From: Sphaerodactylus townsendi
Taxonomy: Eukaryota
DNA: 64,000 nt
Assembly (NCBI RefSeq): GCF_021028975.2
Contig: NC_059437.1
Location: 22,816,001 to 22,880,000 of the forward strand
Direction of reading: 5' to 3'
Notes under the pieces: model-generated
Told to the model about the DNA's origin: nothing
Databases searched by the model: none
The model's input: the letters and a program-made list of their open reading frames with translations, nothing else
Made by a program: the position numbers and the translations under genes
In this document: positions 11,831 through 24,348 of the stretch, piece after piece
How the letters are laid out: each line of letters starts with the position of its first letter
Position numbering within the stretch: the stretch's first letter is position 1

Positions 11831-13176
11831 CTCGGAGTAGGTGGCTCTGCAGAGAGGTGGGGAGAGGTCGAGTGGGGAAATGGGAGGGGGCGGCGAGGCC
11901 TGCTTGGTGGTGGGTGGGTCCTATTTGGGGTGTTTTTGTCGCTACGAGAGGCGAGGGGGGCAGTAGAACGTAGGAAGGCCCTATGGGGAAGCAGAGGCCG
12001 CGTTTTGGGGTGAGAAAGAAGGGACATCTTGCAAGGCACGGCTGGGAAACATGACGACGTGCGTTGAACTGAGGGAATCAGGCCTATTCTTGTGTGATGG
12101 GGTTATGTAAATGAGTTTCTGTTGCGGAGAGGGAGACGGGCCCCCGGGAAAGGCCTGGGGTGTGTCTTTATTGGGGGGCGTGTGTGTAAAAAGCTGTATG
12201 CGAAGCGCCCCTCTGTGGGGTGTGGATGGGTTGAGTGTGGATCAGAGGTGCTTGTGTAGGGCATCTTGAAGGCAAGGGGGGAAATAAAGCAGGGGTTCAG
12301 TAGCACCTTAAAGACTAACCAACCAACCCCCCCCCTTTTTTTTAAATTCAAGGGGCTTGTTCCAGATCAGCCACGTGCACAGTAATATAGAGGGCTCTGG
12401 GGTATTGTGGAAGGGTTGTGTGGGTCAGAGGCCTCATCATGTTGCCAGGTGGCTCTCCTGTGTGGGGTGGAAGAGGAGATGAGGTGTAGGAAGTGTCTGG
12501 CAAAATTCAGTGGGGCTAGATTAGTGGTTCAGTTCTGTTCGATTCTGGTAGAGCTACCTAAAGTGTTTCGGACCATGAAGCCCATTGCCTGAGCCCATAA
12601 AGACCATTGTCAAGCTAGAATACAGGATGTTGAGCTGGGTAGCCCAAAAGTGTGATTCAATACAACAGCTTCATATGAGTTGCAGGATGGATGCCTATCT
12701 ATGGGGGTACTTGTTCAGATGAAGGGATGGGAGAGCTTGATATAGGAATGGAGAGGATTAGACGCTGTTATGAAGACTGTTGCATGGCAGGAACAGAAAA
12801 ACCCTAAGAGAGTTCTGTGGTGATAGGTGGAGGCAGCAGAGGCTATCTCAGAGGGTTAATGGATGGACGTAGATGTATAGGTGAATAAAATGAAGGGGTG
12901 ACTGTTTATGGGTTGAACAGGTAAAAAAGAGGAATGGATCATAGGAAGAAGTGAAAGGCTTAGAGGGGATAATCATGTTGTTTACTGTTCAATCATTGAT
13001 TTAAATTCTAGGGCAAGCAATGAGTGCAATGGATAGAGAATAGTGGGCGTTGTGGGGAAACGCGTCCCTGAGCATCCCTGAAGTGATCTTGGGTTCGCTC
13101 CGCTTCTGGTATGATGTTGACCTTACTGCTGCTACTCCATAAAATCCCAAATATATCTACTCATGTCAGTCTAAAC

Positions 13177-13316
13177 CAGCGGTCTGCAACCTGTGGCTCT
13201 CCAGATGTTCGTGGACTACAAATCCCATCAGCCCCAGCCCAATTGGCCATGCTGGCTGGGGCTGATGGGAATTGTAGTCTATGAACATCTGGAGAGCCGC
13301 AGGTTGCAGACCCCGG
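13177..13316. mobile_element. Short palindromic hAT MITE (~140 bp)
   Basis: Whole-element palindrome; TSD GTCTAAAC/GTCCAAAC. Confidence 0.85.
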
Positions 13317-15438
13317 GTCCAAACTATTTCAGTATACCAATTATGTGTGTACATAAAATTAAAACCACCATGCACATGCTTAACCTTAACTGTTAAAAGT
13401 CAACAGAAAGAAGCTTGCAGCATTTCTTCGGGATGTGCAGGCTTGGACATTAAGAGACTTCTTGAGTAAAGAAGGTTGAAACGGAAAGTAGTCTATATTT
13501 GACAAGAAAAGGTTGAGTGGTAGTTCCACCTTTCCGTGGTGATATGATGACGCAGTTTCCGTATTCACTTGGCAAGAATAGTTGTATCATCCTGGGCCAA
13601 AATTGAGTGGTACAATATTAGCCTTTGAATAGGATGGCACCTGTTTCTGTCAATTACATTTTTTAATCTCGCCCTTCTTCCCAGGAATTCAAGGTTCTTC
13701 TGTCCCTCAGTTTATCCTTACAACATTCCTGTGAGGTTGGTTAGACGGAAGGGGTTTGGCTGGATCAGGGTCCCCCATTGAGCTACATAACTGTTAAGGT
13801 AACAACCAATATCTCCCAGATCCTGGTGACCTTGTCTAATATGCCAACTGATGCATCACAGCCGAAGTATTGTGGTACAGCCTGATCAGTAGCTTTAAAC
13901 AGCCACCATTGTTATCTGTTGCTTTGTGGCCATTTTCACCCTTAAAGAGTAGTTTGTGCCTCTTTGAGGCTTCATCAGAACTTCTGGTTTGATTAATTAT
14001 TTGTGGTCCCAATGTTAAGGTGTATCAAGTTAAATTTATGTAGAATAATGCAATGGTCAGCTCTATTTAGTACCATAGTTAAATGTTCTTCATTGCTGGG
14101 TACTTGACTACTTACCCAAAACTTAAAATCTTGTGTAGATGTGTCCCAATATTGCTCTTTTCTGTATACTTTTAGTTTTTTTAAGAGGCAGTGCTCTCTG
14201 TTTGAACTTGAGAGTACTTGTGTTGGTTGTTTATCAAGAAAGAAGCTAACAAAAGAAAATAATTCTCCATCAATCACAAATCTGCACGTTTGGGATCATG
14301 CTGTTTTGTAGGAGGTGGAAGGAAACAGGTGACAGCTTTGCCTGCGGCTTCATTTTATTATTTAGTTCAATCTCCCTTGAGTTCTGCAATTTAGGCTGCA
14401 AAGTCTCAGAAGGGAGCTTTCTAGAATATGCCATCCATCTTTCTCACGAGTACAGTGAACAGGCAAGACAGAGAAGTACTTGGTTACCTTTTGGCTTGTG
14501 CACAAAAAAGACTGCAGAGAGACATGTTTTGGGGAGAAATTTAAATATACAAATTGGAACATCATAAATTTCATAAAGATAAAATTGGAAGACCAAGGAG
14601 GATGGATGCATGCTAAAAGCACGGTACTACAGAATCCATGGCTGATTCTGAAGAGCCAGAAAATGTCAAGTCTTTGAAAGTGTGCTGTATTCCAAGGTGT
14701 GTAAAAGTTGAATTACTGTAGGTAGTTTTAAGAATGGGCTGCTCTAAATTAAATGTTTAAGCATAGGCATTGTATTCTGTACTTTACCTTTGAAATGAAT
14801 TGAGCAAGGAATACAAATGTGTGTCTTGGAACTTGTGGCTGAATTATATATCCACTTCTATGCCACATTTGTAAACTATGAATTTATGCATCCATTGCTT
14901 TTAGATTTCTGTTATTGAGAAAACATCATGATTATGTAGTTCTGGTTATCCTTCTACTGTTGGTTCTACTACTTTACTTTTCAAAAGTGAGAATAGGATC
15001 CCCCCCCCATCCTCATTTTAAGTGACTGTTGCTTTAAATATAGATGCACTGTAACTTTAGAACCTTATTTTAAGGTAATTTTAAAAGATTTGAACCATGT
15101 GTGCACTTACATGGCAGTAGGTCTCATTGAAATAAAAGGGAATTACTTCTGAGTAAACATGTGCTCTGACTGGAAAAGTGAGAACGGTGTTTCCAATTTT
15201 AATTTGGAAAGAACCATGCCTTGCCTATCAGAAGTCTGAGAAACTCTGGAATGGGCTTTTTTCCAGTCTGAAAGATGGATGGCATAAAATGACAGCTGTG
15301 TTTACTGTCTTACTGAATACATGTTTGGCCGGGGAAAAACAGCTATTCCTGGTAGCCATGTAGCATATAAGGAGCTTGCTCTATTTGCTCTTTAGCATAA
15401 CTTCATTTTAATTGTTTTTCTAAAGGGCATTGGACGCC

Positions 15439-16206
15439 ATGACTGTCACTCTAGTATGTGATCCTTCGGAAGCTATGGAGCTCTGTGCCTCTCAGCAACT
15501 CTATCTTAAGCCAGTAGCGAAATTAACAATCAGTGTGGTGCTTCCAGAACACACCAGCTCTACCCGGGCACTCTCTAAATGGGAAGTGATGGACAAGCTG
15601 AAGAATATGATTTGTCCAGACCAGTTCACCAGTGTTAAGGTTTCCAAAAGCACTAAAGGTTTCATTCGGTTTGAGGGAGAGGCAGAAACCAAGCGTTTGG
15701 TATGTAGCCTTAAGGAAAAGCTCCATGGCAAAATGATAAAACTGAATGGTTTTAAAGATGACTTGCAAGTGGTTGCTACAGAGGCATCTCCTGATTTACC
15801 AACTCCTCAGGAGTCAGAAGCCATTGTGAAGGATAGAGAATTGATGGCAGAAGATCTTGCTGAGCAAATCATTGATGTTCCCAATTGCATCCATTTGGAA
15901 GGATTGCCATGCAAGTGGTTTGCCCTAAGAGGCTCAGATAGTGAAACGCCAAGCGAAGATATCTTGAGAGCAGTGTTTGAGAGTTTTGGACAGATCAAGA
16001 ACGTAGATATCCCCATGCTTGATCCTTATAGGGAAGAAGTGGTGGGAGGAAACATGAATCATTTCATTTTCCGTGGCCTGCGGACATTTGATGCTTATGT
16101 CCAGTACCAAGAGTTCAAAGCTTTTGCAAAAGCTATGGAGACACTTAAGGGCATGAAGCTGATGTTTAAAGGGGATGATGGAAAAGCTCTGGCATGTAAT
16201 ATTAAG
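15439..16206 (+). CDS. AKAP17B: A-kinase anchor protein 17B-like, first coding exon (RRM-like region)
   Basis: [36 protein letters not shown]...[11 protein letters not shown]...[11 protein letters not shown]...[13 protein letters not shown], an AKAP17 family signature. Acceptor at 15425/15426, donor AAG|GTAAGA. Its position between SLC25A43 and PGRMC1 indicates the 17B paralog. Confidence 0.93.
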
Positions 16207-17584
16207 GTAAGAAGCATCCTGCAGGCTCCCGTGGGGTAGCCATGCTGGTCTGTTGCAACAAAAACAATATTGTCTCTTACCACTTTAAAGGCTAACAAAT
16301 TGTAGCATCAATGTTCATGGATTAAGGTACACATTATCAGGTGCGAGTGGGTGCTGAAGCAGTTCTTACTCCATGAAACTTTGATTAGTCTGGAGTGAGA
16401 ATCTTTGTTACTTTCACATTCTTATGATGGTTTACTGAGCTTGGTCTTTCTTGCATGGGTGCCTGCTCCTGTGTATTGAAAGTTTATGATTGGTTATTAG
16501 AAATTATTCTTGCATTATGTCATTTCCTAAAATCTGCTTTTAATTAGCATGCCCAATTGGTGTTCCTTCTTATATTATTGTGATGTTCAATTATGTGAAT
16601 TATTTGCATTTGTATTTTTTCTGTAAAATTATTTATTTTTATGCTGTGATATCAGTATACATGGTGTTTTATAGAGTTATATAAGCAACATAGACAGGCT
16701 TCCTGTTCTGGGGAATATGTCATCTAAGGTAGACAGCTGGAAAATTGTTATAACTGATTGTAAAATGAAGGTTTTTAAATTAAAAGTTTATAGATGGCTT
16801 TTAAAGTACAAATTTGCAAAGATGCTTAAGGCAGTTTGGTTTTGTTCATCTGAGTGCTACCTTAATAACTTGGATTTTAGTTTTTCAATGCATGTTCAGG
16901 TGCCTGGTTAGTCATAGGAAGGGGGTTTCACTCACATCAAATGGCTAGCCTGAAAAACGAATTTTTATTATTTTTCCTTTCTTGTACTGTTACATAAAAG
17001 TTAGCTAAATACAGTTCTGGAAGTACAAGAGATATCTGAGCTAAAAGAGACAAACATCCTAAAGATTTTTTATATTTAGAATTCCTGGGTAAATGACTGT
17101 TTTAAGGCATTGGCTATCTATATTCTCTACCACAACTCTTTGAATAGAACTTTTCAACTGCTTTTTTAAACCTGTTCCTTCCTCCTTGCAGTAACAAAGC
17201 TTTGCATTTTGGTAGAAGGATCAGCTGAGGATGAAATGATTAAAAGATTCTTGAGCTGGAGCTTGTTGCCATTTCAGTCCATGCCTGTATCATTGCTGTG
17301 TCATGGTACGTGGCATCTGTTTCTCGGTGGGAAAAATAAACCCGGCTGCATTGAAAGCAGCTAGATTTCCACAGAATGGTATGGAAGAAGAGAATGAATC
17401 TGCCTGCAATCAGGCATACGTTGGGCTTCTTGGAAAGGTCTGTACTAGATATAGCTGAGCCAAAATGGTTTGAAGGACCGAAGGACCATGTGTTTACAAC
17501 TTGGAGACTGGGTTTGGAGACTTTGGGGGCTTGATCTGAGGGAGTAAACAATACTGCATTTTTGTTCTATTTATTTTGAAACAG

Positions 17585-17715
17585 GTATCAGCTGATACCA
17601 CCAATCATTTCAGTGAGAGTTCTATAAACCAGAGGAATCTGGAACGATTAACCCTGCAAGGGCTCGAACGAGAAAGAAAAAGGGAGGAAAACAGAGGGAA
17701 AAGAAGCACTGAAAG
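17585..17715 (+). CDS. AKAP17B: AKAP17B coding exon 2 (131 nt)
   Basis: ACAG|GTA TCA GCT GAT...: VSADTTNHFSESSINQRNLERLTLQGLERERKREENRGKRSTER, matching the AKAP17 VSFDxTKHxS...LER segment. Donor AG|GTGAG, phases 0 to 2. Confidence 0.9.
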
Positions 17716-20060
17716 GTGAGAAACTTGACTTCTTTAAAAGTTGACTGAAAAGAGAATAATTTGTCCAAGGTTGCATAAGCTTCACATAGAAGAAGGAAAA
17801 AACAACAACTTTATGTTCCAGTTCTGTGCCAAGACAAGATGAATTGAATAAATGTGCATAATTTCCCTATTTTTACCATTTAGCAGAATTTGTGCTGGGT
17901 TTGCTAATCATTGGGATAGGCAGTAAGCTCTGCAGGGCATTGAAGCCTTGCCTTAAACTACTGGAACTGTTATTTAGCCAACTTGCTGGCTTCTAAGATT
18001 CTGGCATATTTGCCTACAGAAAGTGTTCTTTTTGCAGCCATCAGGACTAGAAACTTGCTGTTGCTTTTTTAAAAAACAGAAGCTGTCAAGAATTCGATTC
18101 CAGCACCCAGAATTAAATTCTGGATGTATGGTTGCCTTCTGGCTGCTTCTTACTGGTCTAGCGCCAATAAAAGCATCTTGTGAGATAGTCTGCACTTGGT
18201 TCTGAAAAGACAGAAGCCCTCAAATTCTGCCTTAATGCCATCCTGACTGAGCTAAACAGTGATATAATGAGGTCTTTGTGAACATATTAACTCTTGTCTG
18301 TGTAATTTACAGAATTAATACAGCAGTGTAAAAGTTTGTCAATGGCCTTTACTTAACCATTAACCAACAAGAGCCTTCCTTTTGTGAAAGGGCACTATAT
18401 CTTTTATCAGTAAGCTCTGAGAAAGCAATCGGTTGTAAATATGGAAATAAGCTGAGAGTGAACAGCAAGAGTGTAGCTCCTTAAGCCCTTGTTTGCACTT
18501 TGTTTTGTCTTTCACTTCTACCATTTGGTAAGGCAATATTATGCTGCCTTAAAGCATCATTAATTTCTGAGAAAGGACATGTTGTAGATTGGGTTCCAGT
18601 GCTGGTTGGTGAGTCCAAATGTAAATGCTTGTCTCTAATTGTTTTTTCAACCTTCCTTAGTTCTCAAGAGAGCTGCTTCAGTATCATAGTACACCTGAGC
18701 ACCAAGTACACCTGAGCCAATATATTTTAGTTCTGTAGGGAGGTCTGGGCTCCACCTACTCTGTTATATTTGGAACAGAAGTTGTTATGCTAAAGACAGA
18801 CCTTCTAACTCTGGATTTAAAAAAAATATTTCAACAAACTGCAAGATTTTCTTTGCCCACCCTTCTTCAAATCAAAAACGAAGACCCCTATAGTCCTGGG
18901 ATTTCCAAATACCCTCTTAAGGTGGCGTTGCATATCTAATTACCTTCTGGAAAATAAATAGGAACACAGCTATATTCTTCAGGATTATTCTGTTTCCATG
19001 GAAACCTGACCATGGGCAAAATCCCAGTTGCAGTGCTTTGAGACTTTTTATAGCTGAAGCATGCTCCCCCCCCCCCCCAAATTAAAACTCACGTATTCCA
19101 GAAGGTTTACCTTTAGAGTGTATGAGAGTGGTAATTGCCTGATTTCAGAAGATCCTGCTCTTGGTTGCTGCACTAATCTCTTGATTGGAAGGAAGCTATC
19201 TCAGAGCAGTGATTTATGCAGCAATGCAACTGACAGTCAGCTTTGTGGGGTGGTAGTACTGCTGCTTCTCACTGTCAGAATGATTAAATCATACCCAGTG
19301 CAAAGCATTACCTGCTCTGAGCAGAGGCTGCCAGAACCCTACATCATACAGAGATAAAGCAGGAAGCCTCCTCTAGGTGGGTACTTTGGATTAGTTTATT
19401 ACGGCACACTAGCAGTATCCTATAGCATACTAGTGCATGTCACCTCCTTAGTTTGGGCATTACTGGCCTATTTAATAGGAAATTATCACATTTATTCCTT
19501 GTTCTTCTTCAGAGGTGCTGAGAGCTGCTTATGTATGGTTCCCAGTTTACAAGGCCAAACCTTCTCATGATTGCAGACCATTCTCTGAATCAAAACTAAA
19601 ATGTGAGATGTTTGCGTGCAAGATTCTGCGTAGGACAAAAGTGTAATTGTGAAACCCAAGTGAAACAATTGAGTTGGTAGCTGATCTGGGAAAAGAAGAA
19701 CCAAATTCTGTACTCACTGCAGTCTAACCACAGATGTGTTCAAGTCCCAGTAATAGCATTGGGATTTAATGTGCATGTAACAGTGAGATAGATTGCTACT
19801 GTGTGACGTTAGATCTAATATTCTGGAAGATTTAAGAATACCAGACATTTCAAGTGAGGGAAACTCAGGATAGCATAAAATATTTTCCATTGCCCTGGAA
19901 ATATGTAATAAGTTTTGACTCAAAACAGACATTTCTAGGAATTGCTATCCTCTCGCTCATAACTGCAAATGGTACCTTTAAAAAAATCATCCCTCCTGCC
20001 CTCCAAGGGTTAAACATTTCTGAAATGATTTTTCATCTAAATTGTCCCATAATCGCCTAG

Positions 20061-20307
20061 AAAAAGACGTGATGATGGTGGTGATGAAAAAAAAGTTGGA
20101 GAAGGAAAGAGGAAGTCTAAGATCAAGAGACGAGAAAAAAGACAGATAGATCGGGATGAAAAACGCCCAAGAAAGCAACAGAAGGTAACAGCTGAAGAAG
20201 AGCTGTGGCCAGAGAATATGCCTGAATGGGAAGAGAGGAAATATCTCCTAGCTCAGAGAAGAGTGGAGTCTATCAGGCTGCTTACAGTGCTGTTAAACCA
20301 AATAAAA
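20061..20307 (+). CDS. AKAP17B: AKAP17B coding exon 3 (247 nt; charged region and putative PKA-anchoring helix)
   Basis: KRRDDGGDEKKVGEGKRK...EWEERKYLLAQRRVESIRLLTVLLNQIK, resembling AKAP17A EERKLLLAQRNLQSIRL. Acceptor CTAG|A, donor AAA|GTAAGA, phases 2 to 0. Confidence 0.9.
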
Positions 20308-20478
20308 GTAAGAATGTGTTTAAAACTCTTCTAAGTTCTAAACATCTTTGTCATAGGACTTGGACAACTATGTAGACATATATAAGAAAAGACTTTATGT
20401 CCAAGGCACCTCATTTTGATGGGTAGGTCTCTGTCTGCTGTGAGTTTGGGGTGGGAACACATGTTCATGTGGTACATA

Positions 20479-20801
20479 CTGGGTTTCCCCGAAAATAAGA
20501 CAGGGTCTTATATTAATTTTTGCATTAAAAGATGCATTGGGGCTTATTTTAGGGGTAGGGCTTATTTTAGGGGAAGTACGGTACCTTCACAATTCATTAA
20601 AGAAGGCTCTCGGTAGCCCCGTTGCTTCCCTGTCACATGTGGTGCAAGCTGCATCCTCATTGGCAGGGAACACCCTGCTGGATCACACCATCCTGATCTG
20701 TAACTACCGATAGGGCTTATTTTTGGAATAGGGCTTATATTTTAAGCCTCCTCCAAAAATCCTGAAAAATCATGATAGGGCTTATTTTCGGGGAAACACA
20801 G
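20479..20801. mobile_element. Tc1/mariner-superfamily (pogo/Tc2-like) MITE in an AKAP17B intron
   Basis: TIRs CTGGGTTTCCCCGAAAATAAG / CTTATTTTCGGGGAAACACAG flanked by TA; internal GGGCTTATTTT repeats. Confidence 0.85.
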
Positions 20802-21709
20802 TAAAAAGATCATTGCTGATGAGCACATTAGTCCTTGGCAAGATCAAGGGATTTTGATGGATCTCTTTCTCTCAATTTTTCTCTCATATCCTGTGATAGT
20901 GATCATAGAAACTCCGGTAGAGTTTTTTCTTCTGATTGCCGGAGTTCCCATTACCAAGGGAATACAGTAACCCATGTTAGCATTAATTATGTCACGATAA
21001 TAATTCCTAACCATGGAAGTTTGGTATTGAAATGTATTAAGTTTCTATGCAATAGAAGTGGCAGAACTGCAGCCCTTAAGCGGCAAGCCAAGTTACTCAG
21101 TGTGATTTCATGAGATTTTAAATATTATTATTTTAGAGTAAGTATAAAGGCATTTTCTAACAGAGAAATTGGGCTGGCTGATGAGAGAGCACCTCCCCAA
21201 AGATTGTTCTACCAGGCAGGGAAGTTTGGTTTATTCCTCAGGGATTGTATATTGGGACCAGGAGCCATTGACTCATGGGGCACAACCCACTGGGAAGCTT
21301 CCCTGTACAAGCCTCTTTTGGGAAAGAGGGGACGGAAAGGAGGGACCAGGAGTTGTGAAGGAGCCCATCTGTACTTTTATACAACTCCTGTTTCTTTAAG
21401 AGGGTTTGAAAACTTTCCGGTGGATACTTCTGTGTTTATTGGGGAGAGGCCTCTTTTGGATTTTCTGCCTCTGAGACCAAAAGGTCTTGGGGCTCACTCC
21501 AAATTTCATGCAACTTGGCAGCAAAGAAAAGCCACATTGACCAAAGGACCATCTAGTCCAGCATTCTGCGGACACAGTGGCCAATCAGGTCCCTGTAGGA
21601 GACCCACAAACAGGAAGACTATAAGCTTTGCGATAGGCTTCTCTGAGTTTTGTGCTGGTGTTGCTTGTTCTTTTTCTTGTAATTCTGTGTCCCTGATTTT
21701 ATTTTGAAG

Positions 21710-23338
21710 GATTTTGTGCTGTCATCCAGGCAAGTAAGGGAGCCTCTGCTGGAAAATGAGAATGAAAGGGAGGATTGCTTTCCTGCACCTAAGATACCAA
21801 ATTCATTAAAAGAGGAGTCTTGCTCTCGTAGTCTTGAGTGCAAAGAAGTGAAGAATGAGAGAGAACCTCTACATCAGTTAGTCCAATTAGATAATACCTG
21901 TACTGAGGAGGAGGAGGAGGAGCAGTATGTTGCAATTGGCTTGCCTGCATCACCTTGTCGCCTTGTGAGAACTGTTTTAAAGGAGCCAGCTGAAAGAGCA
22001 GTTAGTAGATGCTTAAAAGACAAGGCTCCGGGCTGCTATCGGGACTCTGACTTGTTGCAAGTGACAGTCACTCAAGACTGCAAAGTCAGAAAGTCTCCTG
22101 CCAGAGAGGACTGTCAAAGCCTCAACTCAAGATGCTCCCATGAAGTCTCTAGTGTCGGAAACTGCAAGAAGCAAAAGGTTTATGAAACAGAGGAATTTAT
22201 ACACTATTTACTAAACTACTACCAAACCCCAAGATATGCACGAATCTGTCCTGTGACACAAAACACAGGGACTGAGTCCTGGTGGCAGAGGGTGGTGTCC
22301 CATAATGGGACTGACTTCCAGGTCAGCCTGAAAAACCAAGATGCACAGTGTCTGACAGAAGCGAGTTTTGTATCAGACTTCCCTGAGAGAGACTTTCAAG
22401 ATGCTGATAGCTACACATGGGAAGCAATTGAAGAGGAACCTGAGTCTGCAGAGGTTGTGGCTAAAAGCCAGGCCCACAGTAGAGAGTTCACTGGTCAATG
22501 TCTGGTATGGTATAAGAATTCACTGGGTGATGTTAGTCATAAACTACCACGTGATGAACTGAATAGTCCCTTTCTAGTAAGCACAAGTACTAATTGTGGT
22601 AATAGATTCAAAGAAGAGGATACAGGGATGAAAGTTTTAGCACCGGTCAAGCCTTTGGGCCATGTTTATAAATTGAAGGATTTATTGGAAGAGATCAGCA
22701 GCGATTCTGAATATTTTAGTGAGGCGTTCAGCGAGTCACAAAACAAAATGGAGAGAAGAAATGGGGGTTGCAGAAGTAGCTGCAAGGCCTGGCCTCTCAG
22801 CCGGGAAAGAGCAAGAGAATTGCTGATTTGTGTCCAAAATGGTGATTGCAGCAAACGCAGTTTCTGTTCAAACTCTGAGTGCTGTGACTTGACAAAGGAT
22901 CCCGAGCAAAGGCTTAAAACTACATTCAAGAGATCCAGCAGTAAATTAAGGCATGAAGGGCGAAAACTTCAGTGGCTGTCCAGTGAAGAGGAGCAAGAAG
23001 CGAGCAGGAAGAAGAAAAGAAAGAAGAAAAGGTCCTCCGATAACTCTTCGCATGACAACGAGCCTCAGTTTCTTGAAGCAAACCATTGTGGAGAGCTGGA
23101 AGCCCTCAGCAAGATGCAGAGAAAATGTAGCAAGGTTTTACATCACAAAATGAAATTCAAAACACTCCATGCCATGGCGGAAGAGGTAAAAACAAAAGGC
23201 GTTCATTTAAATGACTTTCAGCTTCGAGAACCCCACCAAGAGGCAGGTAAGGGGAAAGCAGATATTAGTGAGATGGGTGAAAGATGGCGTGAAACCAAGG
23301 AGCAGCTGAGAGCTTGCAAAGTCAGAGTCAAAAGGTAA
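21710..23338 (+). CDS. AKAP17B: AKAP17B large terminal coding exon
   Basis: 543-codon open frame after a polypyrimidine tract and AAG|GAT acceptor (phase 0). Contains KVYETEEFIHYLLNYYQTPRYARI, LKDLLEEISSDSEYFS and a basic RKKKRKKKR cluster; TAA at 23336-23338. Joined protein about 924 aa. Confidence 0.88.
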   Translation, partial: DFVLSSRQVREPLLENENEREDCFPAPKIPNSLKEESCSRSLECKEVKNEREPLHQLVQLDNTCTEEEEEEQYVAIGLPASPCRLVRTVLKEPAERAVSRCLKDKAPGCYRDSDLLQVTVTQDCKVRKSPAREDCQSLNSRCSHEVSSVGNCKKQKVYETEEFIHYLLNYYQTPRYARICPVTQNTGTESWWQRVVSHNGTDFQVSLKNQDAQCLTEASFVSDFPERDFQDADSYTWEAIEEEPESAEVVAKSQAHSREFTGQCLVWYKNSLGDVSHKLPRDELNSPFLVSTSTNCGNRFKEEDTGMKVLAPVKPLGHVYKLKDLLEEISSDSEYFSEAFSESQNKMERRNGGCRSSCKAWPLSRERARELLICVQNGDCSKRSFCSNSECCDLTKDPEQRLKTTFKRSSSKLRHEGRKLQWLSSEEEQEASRKKKRKKKRSSDNSSHDNEPQFLEANHCGELEALSKMQRKCSKVLHHKMKFKTLHAMAEEVKTKGVHLNDFQLREPHQEAGKGKADISEMGERWRETKEQLRACKVRVKR

Positions 23339-24232
23339 TCAGGTGAGTTCAGGGAGGTGGTGGAAATAGTGAAATGTACAAGTGACACAAGACACTGGGC
23401 ATATAAAGATGGAACAACTCTCAATTCTGCAAGCTCCTTTCGGATGAGCAGCTACTGTCACTTGGGCATTCCTGAGTCTTGAGTTTTTGCTGCCACTCTT
23501 TCCCCATCTCCAGGGAACTTGCTGTTAAGAAGAGAAGCAGAAACAGATTCTGACGATTGGCCTTTGTTTCCTGTTGAAATAGTTTAGACAAATGAATAGT
23601 CTGACTCTTTCTGTGGAGCAGAAGTTAGAAGAGGATTCTAATTTCATCAGATTTGGAGGACCGAGGGGATCTGGGAACAGTTGAAGGTGGAAGATCAAGA
23701 TGGGTTCTTTTTATACAACTTTTTGAAAACTTAACTGTTAGACATATGGTGATAGAGGTGTTTTCTTGGGCCTTTTGTTTGCATGCTGGGGAAGGTAGGG
23801 TAACTCTAAACAACCTGCTTGGTAAAATTGGTGGCAAAATCAGTCTTGGTGGTGTTGAGGCTACAACTAAGGACCAAAAAAACTATTACTGAAGTGCATG
23901 ATGTAAGCTGTTTTGAAGAATTTGCTAGACATCTGAGCTGAGCGAACTGAACAATCCCCACTGAATTTGGGAGAAGCCACAGAATCTGTGGGTTCTGCTT
24001 TGCAGTCTAATGTACCATTAGAGGAGTTTTGCATAAACTAATTGTTAGCCAGATGAATAAACTTTAACTTAAAAGATTCAAAGAAGTATTGCCTTAGTAA
24101 GAGGAAGGGGCACATGGTGCAGGAGGAAAAAAACCCGATTGCCAAGAAAGAAAAGGAGCATATTTATAATGAACTGCACTCTTTGCCATTTGAGATGTAC
24201 ATCGGGTTGGTATATGCACATCAGGTAGTTAC

Positions 24233-24348
24233 ATAGGTGTCAAACTCATGTCCTCCAGGTGTTATGGACTACAGTTCCCACCATGCTGGCAGGGGATGAT
24301 GGGAACGGTAGTCCATAACATCTGGAGAGACGCGAGTTTGACACCTGT
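24233..24348. mobile_element. Short palindromic hAT MITE (related family) in the AKAP17B 3' UTR region
   Basis: AGGTGTCAAACTC...GAGTTTGACACCTG termini with the GGACTACAxTTCCCA core. Confidence 0.75.

Noticed and set aside
21204-21707. 167-aa ORF upstream of the AKAP17B terminal exon
   Set aside because: Intronic, with no ATG/Kozak support or domain, and it runs through the polypyrimidine tract of the true acceptor.
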